Assembly (NCBI RefSeq): GCF_001457615.1
Contig: NZ_LN831024.1
Span: 4,470,001 to 4,502,000 of the forward strand
Source of the DNA: Pseudomonas aeruginosa
GTDB lineage: Bacteria; Pseudomonadota; Gammaproteobacteria; Pseudomonadales; Pseudomonadaceae
DNA length: 32,000 nt
Direction: 5' to 3'
This document shows, in pieces, positions 10,213 to 19,940 of this stretch. Made by a program: the position numbers and the translations under genes. How positions within the stretch are numbered: position 1 is the first letter of the stretch; every line of letters begins with the position of its first letter. The notes beneath the pieces were generated by a model. That model was not told where the DNA came from and did no database searches. It worked only from the letters and a program-made list of their open reading frames with translations.

Positions 10213-10407
10213 TCAGCCCTGGCGCACCTGATCGAGCAGGGGTTCGTCCCGCGCTTTCTCAGGCGACGGTTCGCTGACGCTGCGCGCCGGCACCAGCGAC
10301 TCCGGCCAACTGCTGAACTGCAGCCCGGTAATCCGGTTCAAACGCTCAAGCGCTGCCTGCTCATCCTTGTGATGCAAATGGACGACCTTGTTCGACATTG
10401 GGAGCAT
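10213..10407 (-). CDS. Small conserved hypothetical protein (64 aa)
   Basis: MLPMSNKVVHLHHKDEQAALERLNRITGLQFSSWPESLVPARSVSEPSPEKARDEPLLDQVRQG; sits in a gap between other genes with no overlap. Confidence 0.6.
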   Translation of the reverse strand: MLPMSNKVVHLHHKDEQAALERLNRITGLQFSSWPESLVPARSVSEPSPEKARDEPLLDQVRQG

Positions 10408-10556
10408 GAACGGGAACCTCGGCGGAACTACGGAGTGAAACGACTGTCACACGAGGGTTTGCCAGAAGCGTGCCAACAGCGCTTTCCCTGCGCTTGCTGG
10501 GGTTCCTCCGGCAGCATGCAGCGCCTCATGCACATCGTTCGCCGCAAACTGACACT

Positions 10557-11792
10557 TTACGTCACCTTCGCTCCCGAGGTTCCGTCCGCCAGCCAGTGGG
10601 CCAGGCTTTCTCCGAACAGCGCCTCCTGCTCCACCTGCAAGCGCTCCATGGCCTGCTGGAACGGCGGATACCACGCCTCGTCCAGATTCGCAGGCATGCG
10701 CTCTCGGCTAGGCATGGGCCAGGGGCAGCGATTCAGCAAGCGATGCAGACTGTAGGCGCCAAGATCCCGGCACAGCACCCACTCGCCTCCGCCGGCGCGG
10801 CAGACGAACTGCTCCTTCTCGAGAAAGTCCAGCAGTTCCTCCCACTCATCCTCGGGCAACAGCCAACCCGCACGATGCAAGTGGGTCAGGCGCAGCGACT
10901 GTCCAAGCTGCTGGCGCTGGTGGAACACCCTCAGCACGCCGAGCAGGACGATCAGCTTGGGCAGCGAGCGCCGCCGCCAGAGACGGGAAGAAGAGAGATT
11001 GCAGACCAGCACCGCGCCGAACAGAACGATCATCCAGGAAAGATAGATCCACAGCAGGAAGATAGGCACGGTGGCGAAGGCACCGTAGATCAACTGGTAG
11101 CCGGGAAACAGGCTTACGTACAGCCCGAACAGGGTTTTCGCGGCTTCGAACAGTACCGCGGTGAACACGCCGCCCATCAGGGCATGGCGCACCGGGACCC
11201 GGGCGTTCGGGACCGCCGAATAGAGCAGGGTGAAGGCCGCCACGCTGAACGCCAGCGGCATCAGCCCCAGCAGCGTCTCTGCGCCCGGCAACGCGTCCGG
11301 GCCATGGAGCAGCGACAGCGAAGTGATGTAGGTGGTCACGGCGAAGCCGGCCCCCAGCAACAATGGGCCCAGGCTGAGGATCGCCCAGTAGAGGAGGAAC
11401 CGCCCGACACCGCGGCGTGGCTGGCGAACCCGCCAGATCTCGTTGAAGGCTTTCTCGATGGTCACCAGCATGGTGAAGGCGGTGACTGCCAGAAAGACCA
11501 CCCCGACCCAGGTCAGGTGCCGGGCCTGGGTGGTGAAACTCTTCAGGTAGGTTTCCACCGCTTCTCCAGCGGAAGGCACGAAATTGCGAAAGATGAAAGT
11601 CTGGATCGACTCGCCCATGCCATGGAATGCCGGAATCAGCGAAAGCATGGAAAACATCACCGTCATCATCGGCACTACCGCGAACAACGTGGTGTAGGTC
11701 AGCGCCGCCGCGCTGTTGGGAGCCTTGTCGGTGACGAAGCGATGAGCGAGGAAGCGAGCGAACTCGACCCCATCGTTGAAATGTTCGCGCAT
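10557..11792 (-). CDS. YihY/RNase BN-like inner membrane protein
   Basis: 411 aa; [43 protein letters not shown]; multiple TM helices typical of the YihY (formerly RNase BN) family. Confidence 0.92.
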   Translation of the reverse strand: MREHFNDGVEFARFLAHRFVTDKAPNSAAALTYTTLFAVVPMMTVMFSMLSLIPAFHGMGESIQTFIFRNFVPSAGEAVETYLKSFTTQARHLTWVGVVFLAVTAFTMLVTIEKAFNEIWRVRQPRRGVGRFLLYWAILSLGPLLLGAGFAVTTYITSLSLLHGPDALPGAETLLGLMPLAFSVAAFTLLYSAVPNARVPVRHALMGGVFTAVLFEAAKTLFGLYVSLFPGYQLIYGAFATVPIFLLWIYLSWMIVLFGAVLVCNLSSSRLWRRRSLPKLIVLLGVLRVFHQRQQLGQSLRLTHLHRAGWLLPEDEWEELLDFLEKEQFVCRAGGGEWVLCRDLGAYSLHRLLNRCPWPMPSRERMPANLDEAWYPPFQQAMERLQVEQEALFGESLAHWLADGTSGAKVT

Positions 11793-11916
11793 GCCCTCTC
11801 CTTGAAGTCGCGCCGGTTCTTCGCCTCTCGGGGCGGTACTTCGCGCCGACGGGTTCAGTCCTGGTCGACGAGGCGGTTAGAATAGCCGTCACTTCACCGG
11901 CCATGCGACCCCTGAC

Positions 11917-12862
<946 letters not shown>

Positions 12863-12863
12863 A

Positions 12864-13283
12864 ATGGCCCGCAAGAACAAACCGCTGCCCGAAGTAGCGT
12901 GGCTGCAGCCGCGCCTGGCGCTCAGCCGCGCCATCAGCCTGGGAAGCTTCGTCGGCCTGGTCCTGCTCATCCTCATTCGCGACCTGATCTACGCGGACGC
13001 CCATGGTGCGGCGAGCTGGGTGCCCTGGCTGGTCCTCGCCTTCAAGCTGCTGCCGCTGCTGGTGGTGGCCCCCGGACTGCTCATGGGCAGCGCGCGCGGG
13101 CATGCCTGGGCCTGCTACGTGGTCAACCTGTATTTCATCCTCGGCGTACTCGCCGCCTTCGATCCCACGCAGCGCCTGTTCGGCTGGGCCGAAGTGCTAC
13201 TCAGCGTGACCTTGTTCTGCGCCGCGCTGCTCTATACGCGCTGGCGATTCCAGTACGACCGACGGGTCGCCGGGGAACGCTGA
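12864..13283 (+). CDS. DUF2069 family inner membrane protein
   Basis: 139 aa, hydrophobic, starting MARKNKPLPEVAWLQPRLALSRAISLGSFVGLVLLILI; follows wrbA closely. Confidence 0.8.
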   Translation: MARKNKPLPEVAWLQPRLALSRAISLGSFVGLVLLILIRDLIYADAHGAASWVPWLVLAFKLLPLLVVAPGLLMGSARGHAWACYVVNLYFILGVLAAFDPTQRLFGWAEVLLSVTLFCAALLYTRWRFQYDRRVAGER

Positions 13284-13459
13284 TGGTAAGGCAGGAGCCC
13301 CCTCCTGCCCTGCCGACCGCCGGGAAGCCTGCGGACAGCGCTCCAGTATTGCCGGCGCATGGATGGAGAGACGGATAGAAGGCGGTCACTTCCTGCCGCA
13401 AGCGAAACCCAAGGACTGCGGCACGGCCATGCGGGAGTTCGCCGACGGACTGTCGACGC

Positions 13460-14164
13460 TTACCAGCCGAGGGTTTCCTTGAGGAAAGGAATGGTCAGCT
13501 TGCGCTGAGCCTGGAGCGAAGCGCGATCCAGTTGCTCCAGCAGATCGAACAGAGAGTTCATGCTGCGCGAACCGCGGTTGAGGATGAAACGACCGACTTC
13601 ATCGGTCAGATGCAGGCCACGACGGGATGCCCGCAGTTGCAGGGCACGAAGCTTGTCCTCGTCGGAAAGACCGTGCAACTGGAAGATCAGCGCCATGGTG
13701 AGGCGGGACTTCAGGTCCGGCAGCTTGACCTGCAGCTCCCGGGGCGACTTCGATGCCGCCAGCAGCAGGCGCCGACCGGTATCGCGCAGTCGATTGAACA
13801 GGTGGAACAGCCCCTCTTCCCACTCTCGCTTGCCAACCAGCACATCCAGGTCGTCGATGCAGACCAGCTCGCACTGCTCGAGATCGTCGAAGATTTCCGG
13901 GCCGTACTGCACCAGATCGGCCATCGGCAGGTAGATGGTTCGCTCTTCGAACTGCTCGAAACGCAAGCAGGCCGCCTGCAACAGGTGGCTGCGGCCGACG
14001 CCGTCGTGTCCCCAGAGGTAGATGAGGCTTTCCGCCCAGCCAGCCTCGGCTTCGCACAAACGCTCGACATATCCCAGTGCCGCGGCATTGGCACCGGGAT
14101 AGTAGTTGGCGAAGGTGGCGTCGTCGCGCAGACGCACACTGAGGGGAAGCTGAATAGGTTTCAT
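13460..14164 (-). CDS. hda: DnaA-related regulatory inactivator Hda
   Basis: MKPIQLPLSVRLRDDATFANYYPGANAAALGYVERLC...LYLWGHDGVGRSHLLQAAC; N-terminal clamp-binding-like QLPLSVRL, Walker A-like GHDGVGRSH, DnaA-like AAA+ fold. ORF extends to 14263; likely start 14164. Confidence 0.93.
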   Translation of the reverse strand: MKPIQLPLSVRLRDDATFANYYPGANAAALGYVERLCEAEAGWAESLIYLWGHDGVGRSHLLQAACLRFEQFEERTIYLPMADLVQYGPEIFDDLEQCELVCIDDLDVLVGKREWEEGLFHLFNRLRDTGRRLLLAASKSPRELQVKLPDLKSRLTMALIFQLHGLSDEDKLRALQLRASRRGLHLTDEVGRFILNRGSRSMNSLFDLLEQLDRASLQAQRKLTIPFLKETLGW

Positions 14165-14365
14165 GCCAGGCTGGGCGGACAATCCGAAAACGCCGCAGGA
14201 GTCACCGTAAAGGCTGCAAAGTTTATACGCCTCGGCAAGGCCGCACAATGAGCAACTAGGCAAGCAAAATCAAAGGTTTGCCGATAGCCGAGGCTCCTTG
14301 CCCAGAGCATCGGCCGGTCGCACGCCGGCCCGCTCCGTTGCATAGAAGCGGATCGGCGCGCCGAC

Positions 14366-15403
14366 TCACTGCCAGCGGAAATTCAGTTGGGTCGACGACG
14401 GCACCGCCGCGCTGGGCGCTGCGGGCTGGCCGGAGGCATCCAGCGGTACGCTGTCGGCCGGGATTTCCTGCAACTGCGCCAGGCCCAGCTGGGCACGCAA
14501 TTGCTCGGGACTGGCCTTCACGGAATAGTCGAGGCGATCGCCCCGCACGCCTACCAGACGCGCGCCGAACGGATCGAGCAGGCGTTGCAACTCGGCATAG
14601 CGTGCCAGTGTCGCGCCCTGGACCTGGAGGGTCAGGCCGGTCGCCGCTCCCGGAGTGGCAACGAAACGAGTGGACAGGCGGTTGCCGACGGCCAGCATCA
14701 CGCTGTCTGCCAACGCGTCGGGCGTAGCGCCTTCAGCCTGGCCTTGCTCTCGCGAATCGCCCATCCACAGCCGCCATTGCGCCTGCCATTTGCCGTCCGC
14801 CTCCTTGGCGTCCACTGCCAGCAAGGCATCGGCGGCATAACGCTCGGAGGCTGCGCGCAGGGCATCGGGTTGGGCGGCGGTGAGGTTTTCCGGGGTACCG
14901 ACGATCTGTTCGTCGAGATCCGCCAGAGGCAGGCGCAACGGCAAGCCGCGGTTCTGCGCCGCACGCTTGAGCGGTTCGGCCGAGGCCTGGTTGTCACCGA
15001 CCAGGGAGCTGCCATCGGCGCTTTCGTTCAGCCACCAGGCCAGCACCGCCGGCCGGTTGGCGCCCCAGCTCGGCAGGCCGGCGGCCCGCAGCGCATTACC
15101 GGTGGCGGTCGGATCGAAATCGACCACCAGCGCCAGCGGCGGACCATTTTCGAAGGCGTACTGGCTGATCAGTTGCTGCGGATCCTTCAGGTACCCCGCC
15201 AATGCCGGGTTCTGCGGCGCCTGCGGATTGCCAGTCAGGCGCACCAGCAGGGTCTGCAGGGCTCGCACCAGTCCGGCATCGCGCTCCCCGGGCTGCTGCG
15301 ACGAAACCGGCTCGTGGACCTGGTAGAGATTGGGGACCGTTGCCGCGAAGACGGGCAAGCCTAGCAGGGAAAAACAGAGAACGAAGAGTCGGGCTATGCG
15401 CAT
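14366..15403 (-). CDS. DUF2066 domain-containing exported protein
   Basis: ORF 14366..15460, likely start at 15403 [59 protein letters not shown]. Confidence 0.8.
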   Translation of the reverse strand: MRIARLFVLCFSLLGLPVFAATVPNLYQVHEPVSSQQPGERDAGLVRALQTLLVRLTGNPQAPQNPALAGYLKDPQQLISQYAFENGPPLALVVDFDPTATGNALRAAGLPSWGANRPAVLAWWLNESADGSSLVGDNQASAEPLKRAAQNRGLPLRLPLADLDEQIVGTPENLTAAQPDALRAASERYAADALLAVDAKEADGKWQAQWRLWMGDSREQGQAEGATPDALADSVMLAVGNRLSTRFVATPGAATGLTLQVQGATLARYAELQRLLDPFGARLVGVRGDRLDYSVKASPEQLRAQLGLAQLQEIPADSVPLDASGQPAAPSAAVPSSTQLNFRWQ

Positions 15404-15616
15404 GGAGGGCTCTCGACGAACGGATGGGAACGGCGGCGACGAGCTGTGAAGGCCGCGCAAGTGGACCTATACCTTAAACAGCAGTCCGTCCAGCGGCAAC
15501 CGAGATGGCCGCTGCGTGGCAAGCCTGATAAAATCGCGCGCCTTCAAAACCGGCAAACAGCGTTGCACGCCTGGGCGGCCGGCCGATCTCCGAATTACCC
15601 CTATAGGCCTGGATTT

Positions 15617-16678
15617 ATGAGCAGCAAGCAACCCTCGTTGAGCTACAAGGACGCTGGTGTGGACATCGACGCCGGCGAAGCCCTGGTGGAACGCATCAAA
15701 GGCGTGGCCAAGCGCACCGCACGCCCGGAAGTGATGGGCGGCCTCGGCGGCTTCGGCGCCCTCTGCGAAATCCCGGCCGGCTACAAGCAGCCGGTGCTGG
15801 TATCCGGCACCGACGGGGTGGGCACCAAGCTGCGCTTGGCGCTCAACCTGAACAAGCACGACAGCATCGGCCAGGACCTGGTGGCGATGTGCGTCAACGA
15901 CCTGGTGGTCTGCGGCGCCGAGCCGCTGTTCTTTCTCGACTACTACGCCACCGGCAAGCTCAACGTCGACGTCGCCGCCACCGTAGTCACCGGCATCGGT
16001 GCCGGTTGCGAACTGGCGGGCTGTTCCCTGGTCGGCGGCGAGACCGCCGAAATGCCCGGCATGTACGAAGGCGAAGACTATGACCTGGCCGGCTTCTGCG
16101 TCGGCGTCGTGGAAAAGGCCGAGATCATCGACGGCTCCAGGGTCCAGGCCGGCGACGCGCTTATCGCCCTGCCCTCCTCCGGCCCGCACTCCAACGGCTA
16201 CTCCCTGATCCGCAAGATCATCGAGGTTTCCGGCGCCGACATCGAGCAGGTCCAACTCGACGGCAAGCCGCTGGCCGACCTGCTGATGGCGCCGACCCGC
16301 ATCTACGTCAAGCCGCTGCTGCAACTGATCAAGCAGACCGGCGCGGTCAAGGCCATGGCTCACATTACCGGCGGCGGCCTGCTGGACAACATCCCGCGCG
16401 TCCTGCCGGACAACGCCCAGGCCGTGATCGATGTCGCCAGCTGGAACCGTCCGGCGGTATTCGACTGGCTGCAGGAACAGGGCAACGTCGACGAGACCGA
16501 GATGCATCGCGTACTCAACTGCGGCGTCGGCATGGTCATCTGCGTGGCCCAGAGCGACGCCGAGAAAGCCCTGGAAGTCCTGCGTGCCGCCGGCGAGCAA
16601 CCCTGGCAGATCGGTCGCATCGAAACCTGCGGCGCGGACGCCGAGCGCGTGGTCCTGAACAATCTGAAAAACCACTGA
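15617..16678 (+). CDS. purM: Phosphoribosylformylglycinamidine cyclo-ligase (AIR synthetase)
   Basis: [53 protein letters not shown]; [12 protein letters not shown]; 353 aa within ORF 15446..16678. Confidence 0.97.
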   Translation: MSSKQPSLSYKDAGVDIDAGEALVERIKGVAKRTARPEVMGGLGGFGALCEIPAGYKQPVLVSGTDGVGTKLRLALNLNKHDSIGQDLVAMCVNDLVVCGAEPLFFLDYYATGKLNVDVAATVVTGIGAGCELAGCSLVGGETAEMPGMYEGEDYDLAGFCVGVVEKAEIIDGSRVQAGDALIALPSSGPHSNGYSLIRKIIEVSGADIEQVQLDGKPLADLLMAPTRIYVKPLLQLIKQTGAVKAMAHITGGGLLDNIPRVLPDNAQAVIDVASWNRPAVFDWLQEQGNVDETEMHRVLNCGVGMVICVAQSDAEKALEVLRAAGEQPWQIGRIETCGADAERVVLNNLKNH

Positions 16679-17346
16679 TGCCGAAACTCTGCAATGTCGT
16701 GGTGCTGATTTCCGGCTCCGGCAGCAACCTGCAGGCGCTGATCGACAGCCTCCGGGACGGCGCCACGCCGGCCCGGATCCGCGCGGTGATCTCCAACCGC
16801 GCGGACGCCTATGGCCTGGAACGCGCACGCCAGGCCGGCATCCAGACCGAGGTGCTCGATCACAAGGCCTATGCCGATCGCGAAAGCTTCGACGAGGCCC
16901 TGGCACAACGGATCGATGCCCATGAACCGCACCTGGTGATCCTTGCCGGGTTCATGCGCATCCTCAGCGCCGATTTCGTTCGCCATTACCAGGGGCGTCT
17001 GCTGAATATCCATCCCTCGTTGCTGCCGCGCCACAAAGGGCTGCATACCCATCAACGCGCCCTCGAAGCCGGCGACCGCGAGCACGGTTGCAGCGTGCAC
17101 TTCGTGACGGAGGAACTCGATGGGGGGCCACTGGTCGTACAGGCAGTAATCCCGGTAGAGTCGCAAGATACGCCGGAACGCCTGGCCAGACGGGTTCACG
17201 AGGAAGAACACCGGATCTACCCGCTGGCCATGCGCTGGTTCGCCGAGGGCCGCTTGCGCCTGGGCGAACAGGGCGCCCTGCTGGATGGCCAGGCCCTGCC
17301 TGCCACCGGCCATCAGATTCGCACCAAGGAGATTCGCAATGCGTAA
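16678..17346 (+). CDS. purN: Phosphoribosylglycinamide formyltransferase (GART)
   Basis: 222 aa; NVVVLISGSGSNLQALIDSL, VILAGFMRILSADFV, GRLLNIHPSLLP; ATG overlaps the purM stop. Confidence 0.97.
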   Translation: MPKLCNVVVLISGSGSNLQALIDSLRDGATPARIRAVISNRADAYGLERARQAGIQTEVLDHKAYADRESFDEALAQRIDAHEPHLVILAGFMRILSADFVRHYQGRLLNIHPSLLPRHKGLHTHQRALEAGDREHGCSVHFVTEELDGGPLVVQAVIPVESQDTPERLARRVHEEEHRIYPLAMRWFAEGRLRLGEQGALLDGQALPATGHQIRTKEIRNA

Positions 17347-18055
17347 AGCCATGCTGTTCCTGCTGACGCTGCTGACCCTGCCGGCCTATGCCTTCGAGCT
17401 GAAGCCGTTCACCGCCAGCTATACCGCCGACTGGAAACAGATGCCCATCAGCGGCAATGCCTCCCGCAGCCTGAAGGCTCTCGGCGACGGCCGCTGGCAA
17501 CTGGACTTCGAGGCCTCCATGCTGCTGGCCAGTCTCAACGAAGTCAGCACCTTCAAGGTCGAGAACGACACCTTCCTGCCGCAGACCTACCGCTTCGCCC
17601 GCCAGGGTCTGGGCAAAGGTAAGCAGATCGAGCTGGACTTCGACTGGTCGCAGAAGCAGGTGCTCGGCAGCGACCGCGGCGATGCGGTGCGGCAACCCCT
17701 GAATCGCGGTCAACTGGACAAGTCCACCTATCAACTGGTCCTGCAGCATGACGTTGCCGACGGCAAGAAGAGCATGAGCTACCAGATCATCGAGGGCGAG
17801 GATGTCGATACCTACGACTTCCGGGTTCTCGGCGAGGAAAAGGTACGCACCCAGGCCGGCCTGATCAACGCGATCAAGGTCGAGCGCGTGCGTGATCCGG
17901 GCAAGAGCAACCGCAAGACCATCCTCTGGTTCGCCAAGGACTGGGACTACCTGCTGGTCCGCCTGTACCAGATGGAAACCGACGGCAAGGAATACCAGAT
18001 CATGCTCAAGGAAGGCACCATCGACGGCAAGACCGTCACTGGCGAAAAGAGCTGA
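17339..18055 (+). CDS. DUF3108 exported protein
   Basis: MRKAMLFLLTLLTLPAYAFELKPFTASYTADWKQMPISGNASRSLK..., signal peptide; start overlaps the purN stop. Confidence 0.85.
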   Translation: MRKAMLFLLTLLTLPAYAFELKPFTASYTADWKQMPISGNASRSLKALGDGRWQLDFEASMLLASLNEVSTFKVENDTFLPQTYRFARQGLGKGKQIELDFDWSQKQVLGSDRGDAVRQPLNRGQLDKSTYQLVLQHDVADGKKSMSYQIIEGEDVDTYDFRVLGEEKVRTQAGLINAIKVERVRDPGKSNRKTILWFAKDWDYLLVRLYQMETDGKEYQIMLKEGTIDGKTVTGEKS

Positions 18056-18069
18056 TCCCCCCTCCCACG

Positions 18070-18098
18070 AAAAGCCGGGCCATTGCCCGGTTTTTTAT
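18070..18098. terminator. Intrinsic terminator
   Basis: AAAAGCCGGGCCATTGCCCGGTTTTTTATT. Confidence 0.85.
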
Positions 18099-18108
18099 TG
18101 CCCGCGGA

Positions 18109-18669
18109 TCAGCCGCAGGCCTGGTGCTCGCGGCAGATCAGTTCGGCATCGGCATCGCTCAACGGCTCCCCGGTTAGACCGCAGAAGGGCGAACCCGCAC
18201 GCCGTTGATGGAACCGGCAGGACCGACAAAGGCCGAAACCAGGCACATCCTCCTGACGCTGGATGACGACCAGAAGATCACGCAACAAGCCTTGCAAGTG
18301 TTCGCCCTTCTCGCCCAGTGCCGTGACGGCCTGCTCGAGGAACTGCGGCGGAATCACCGCCTCGATCAGCGCGCGCCCCGCATCGGTCAGCCGCAGATGA
18401 ACGCTGCGCCGATCCCGCGCATCCGGCAGCTTGCTGATCAGCCCCCGCCCTTCCAGCACCTTGAGCGATTGCGACACTGTGCCCTTGGTCAAGCCGAGGT
18501 ATTCGGTCACGCCCAGCGGAGTATCCGAATAGCGATTACAACGCGCCAGGTAATGCAAGGCGCTCAACTGCACCGGCTGCAGCTCAGCCACCAGCGGCTG
18601 CTCGCGGGACCAGGCACGCATCAGGCTGGTCAGCCTTTCCAGATAATCGTAAAGGGCGATGGCGGACAT
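18109..18669 (-). CDS. MarR family transcriptional regulator with C-terminal Cys-rich extension
   Basis: MSAIALYDYLERLTSLMRAWSREQPLVAELQPVQLSALHYLARCNRYSDTPLGVTEYLGLTKGTVSQSLKVLEGRGLISKLPDARDRRSVHLRLTDAG: MarR wHTH, then tail GFGLCRSCRFHQRRAGSPFCGLTGEPLSDADAELICREHQACG. Confidence 0.9.
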   Translation of the reverse strand: MSAIALYDYLERLTSLMRAWSREQPLVAELQPVQLSALHYLARCNRYSDTPLGVTEYLGLTKGTVSQSLKVLEGRGLISKLPDARDRRSVHLRLTDAGRALIEAVIPPQFLEQAVTALGEKGEHLQGLLRDLLVVIQRQEDVPGFGLCRSCRFHQRRAGSPFCGLTGEPLSDADAELICREHQACG

Positions 18670-18689
18670 GGGATACCTCCTTGCCAATA

Positions 18690-18763
18690 TAGTATCGACT
18701 AAAAACATGTTTGACAAAGAGGTCGCGCCTTGTTTAGGCTGAAAACGTATCGTATCGATACTA
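18690..18763. promoter_or_regulatory. Divergent promoter region with candidate MarR operator sites
   Basis: TAGTATCGA (18690-18698) and its inverse TCGATACTA (18755-18763); perfect palindrome GTATCGATAC (18752-18761); TTGACA at 18711-18716 with a weak TG-TTTAGG -10 at 18733-18738. Confidence 0.55.
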
Positions 18764-18784
18764 AATTCCCACAGGAGAATCAGC

Positions 18785-19018
18785 ATGACCAAAGCCATCT
18801 ACTACCACGCCGGCTGCGCAATCTGTGTCGAAGCCGAACGTTCCTTGCTGCCATTGCTCGATCACAAGCAGGTGGACATCGAAGTGGTCCATCTCGCCGA
18901 ACAATCGGCACGCATCGCCGAGGCGGAAAAGGCCGGGGTCAAGTCGGTTCCTGCCCTGGTTGTCGACGGACAGGTACTGCACCTTAACTTCGGTGCGGCG
19001 CTCAGCGATCTGAAATAA
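18785..19018 (+). CDS. Thioredoxin/glutaredoxin-like small protein
   Basis: 77 aa; MTKAIYYHAGCAICVEAERSLLPLLDHKQVDIEVVHL...GVKSVPALVVDGQVLHLNFG: CxxC and cis-Pro (VPALV) motifs. Confidence 0.85.
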   Translation: MTKAIYYHAGCAICVEAERSLLPLLDHKQVDIEVVHLAEQSARIAEAEKAGVKSVPALVVDGQVLHLNFGAALSDLK

Positions 19019-19029
19019 GGAGAACGGCC

Positions 19030-19284
19030 ATGGAGGTGAAGATCTTCGACACCCATGTGCGAACCCGCGACGGCCGCTACCTGCACTTCGATGTCCTGGT
19101 CACGGAGGAACTGGGGGCTCGCGCCGGCGAGTTCGCTCGACGCTGGCTCGCCGGAAGAGGCATAGACGAGGCCGATATCAGCCAGGGGCATTGCAGCTAC
19201 TGCCATAGCGAGATTGCGACAGCAGAGGTTGCCGAAGCCATTCGGCTCCATGGCCATTACATCCTTCCCCTGGAAGGCTGTTGA
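19030..19284 (+). CDS. Small CxxC-containing protein, DUF2024-like
   Basis: 84 aa; MEVKIFDTHVRTRDGRYLHFDVLVTEE...GHCSYCHSEIATAEVAEAIRLHGHYILPLEGC. Confidence 0.78.
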   Translation: MEVKIFDTHVRTRDGRYLHFDVLVTEELGARAGEFARRWLAGRGIDEADISQGHCSYCHSEIATAEVAEAIRLHGHYILPLEGC

Positions 19285-19616
19285 GGCCAATGGACAGCTA
19301 CCACCCGATCGCCTGCGATCTCCATGACTACCTGGAGATCGCCTGCCTCTACCGCTACCGGTTGCTCCTCGAACTCGAGGACGGTGTTCGCTTCGAAGCC
19401 GAGGCGCGCACGACGCATACCCGGGCCGTTCGGCCAGGCGGCGGCAAGGAGGAATACCTTGAGGTGGCCGTCGAAGGAGCGACTCTGCTGCTGCGCCTGG
19501 ATCGCCTGTTGGCGATTACCGCCCTCACGGAAGCGGCCTTGTTCGGCCGCATACGCCTGAGGGAAGAGGCCTGTTCCAGAGCATCCGGCATGCCACCTTC
19601 ACACCTTGGAAACTGA
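19281..19616 (+). CDS. Rof/YaeO-like predicted modulator of Rho-dependent termination
   Basis: 111 aa; YHPIACDLHDYLEIACLYRYRLLLELEDGVRFEAEARTTHTR... resembles the Rof (YaeO) signature PI-C-D-YD-LE-AC----L-L-L-DG; start overlaps the preceding stop by 4 nt. Confidence 0.7.
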   Translation: MRPMDSYHPIACDLHDYLEIACLYRYRLLLELEDGVRFEAEARTTHTRAVRPGGGKEEYLEVAVEGATLLLRLDRLLAITALTEAALFGRIRLREEACSRASGMPPSHLGN

Positions 19617-19679
19617 AAAGGTTTTTCTCAATTCCAGGGCTATTTGATTAGCCTGCTATTGAAATAGGCTGGATTTGCC

Positions 19680-19901
19680 TTGATGCAGATCAACCCTGGA
19701 GCAGAAAAGATGAGTGTGACAGTGACCGAGCGTGACGATGACCACAAATCCCGCGAGCTGCGTGCGCTTGGCCGCCGCTGCTGGGACGTGCATCAGCAGG
19801 GACTGCTGGTTGGCGTCTTCCATAACGAGGATGACGCCCACGCCTATCGGATCAAGCTGGAGAAAGAAGAAGAACTGCGGCAGATAGGTAAATCGGCCTG
19901 A
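19680..19901 (+). CDS. Small hypothetical protein (up to 73 aa; may start at internal Met, MSVTVTERDDDHK)
   Basis: Charged ORF MMQINPGAEKMSVTVTERDDDHKSRELRALGRRCWDVHQQGLLVGVFHNEDDAHAYRIKLEKEEELRQIGKSA with no competing frame of known function. Confidence 0.6.
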   Translation: MMQINPGAEKMSVTVTERDDDHKSRELRALGRRCWDVHQQGLLVGVFHNEDDAHAYRIKLEKEEELRQIGKSA

Positions 19902-19940
19902 ACCATGCGCCCCGCGTACTTCGGGGGCGCACCTTTGATC

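Noticed and set aside
9473-10231. 252-aa ORF spanning the intergenic region and the 127-aa gene
   Set aside because: Low-complexity Arg/Pro/Ser-rich translation typical of an out-of-frame high-GC reading; overlaps the better-supported frame at 9819..10202.
10470-11885. 471-aa plus-strand ORF over the YihY-like gene
   Set aside because: Antisense shadow of a recognisable multi-pass membrane protein gene.
14164-14263. Upstream in-frame extension of hda
   Set aside because: Conserved Hda starts MKPIQLPLSVRL; the extension (MPSCSLCGLAEAYKLC...) does not look conserved.
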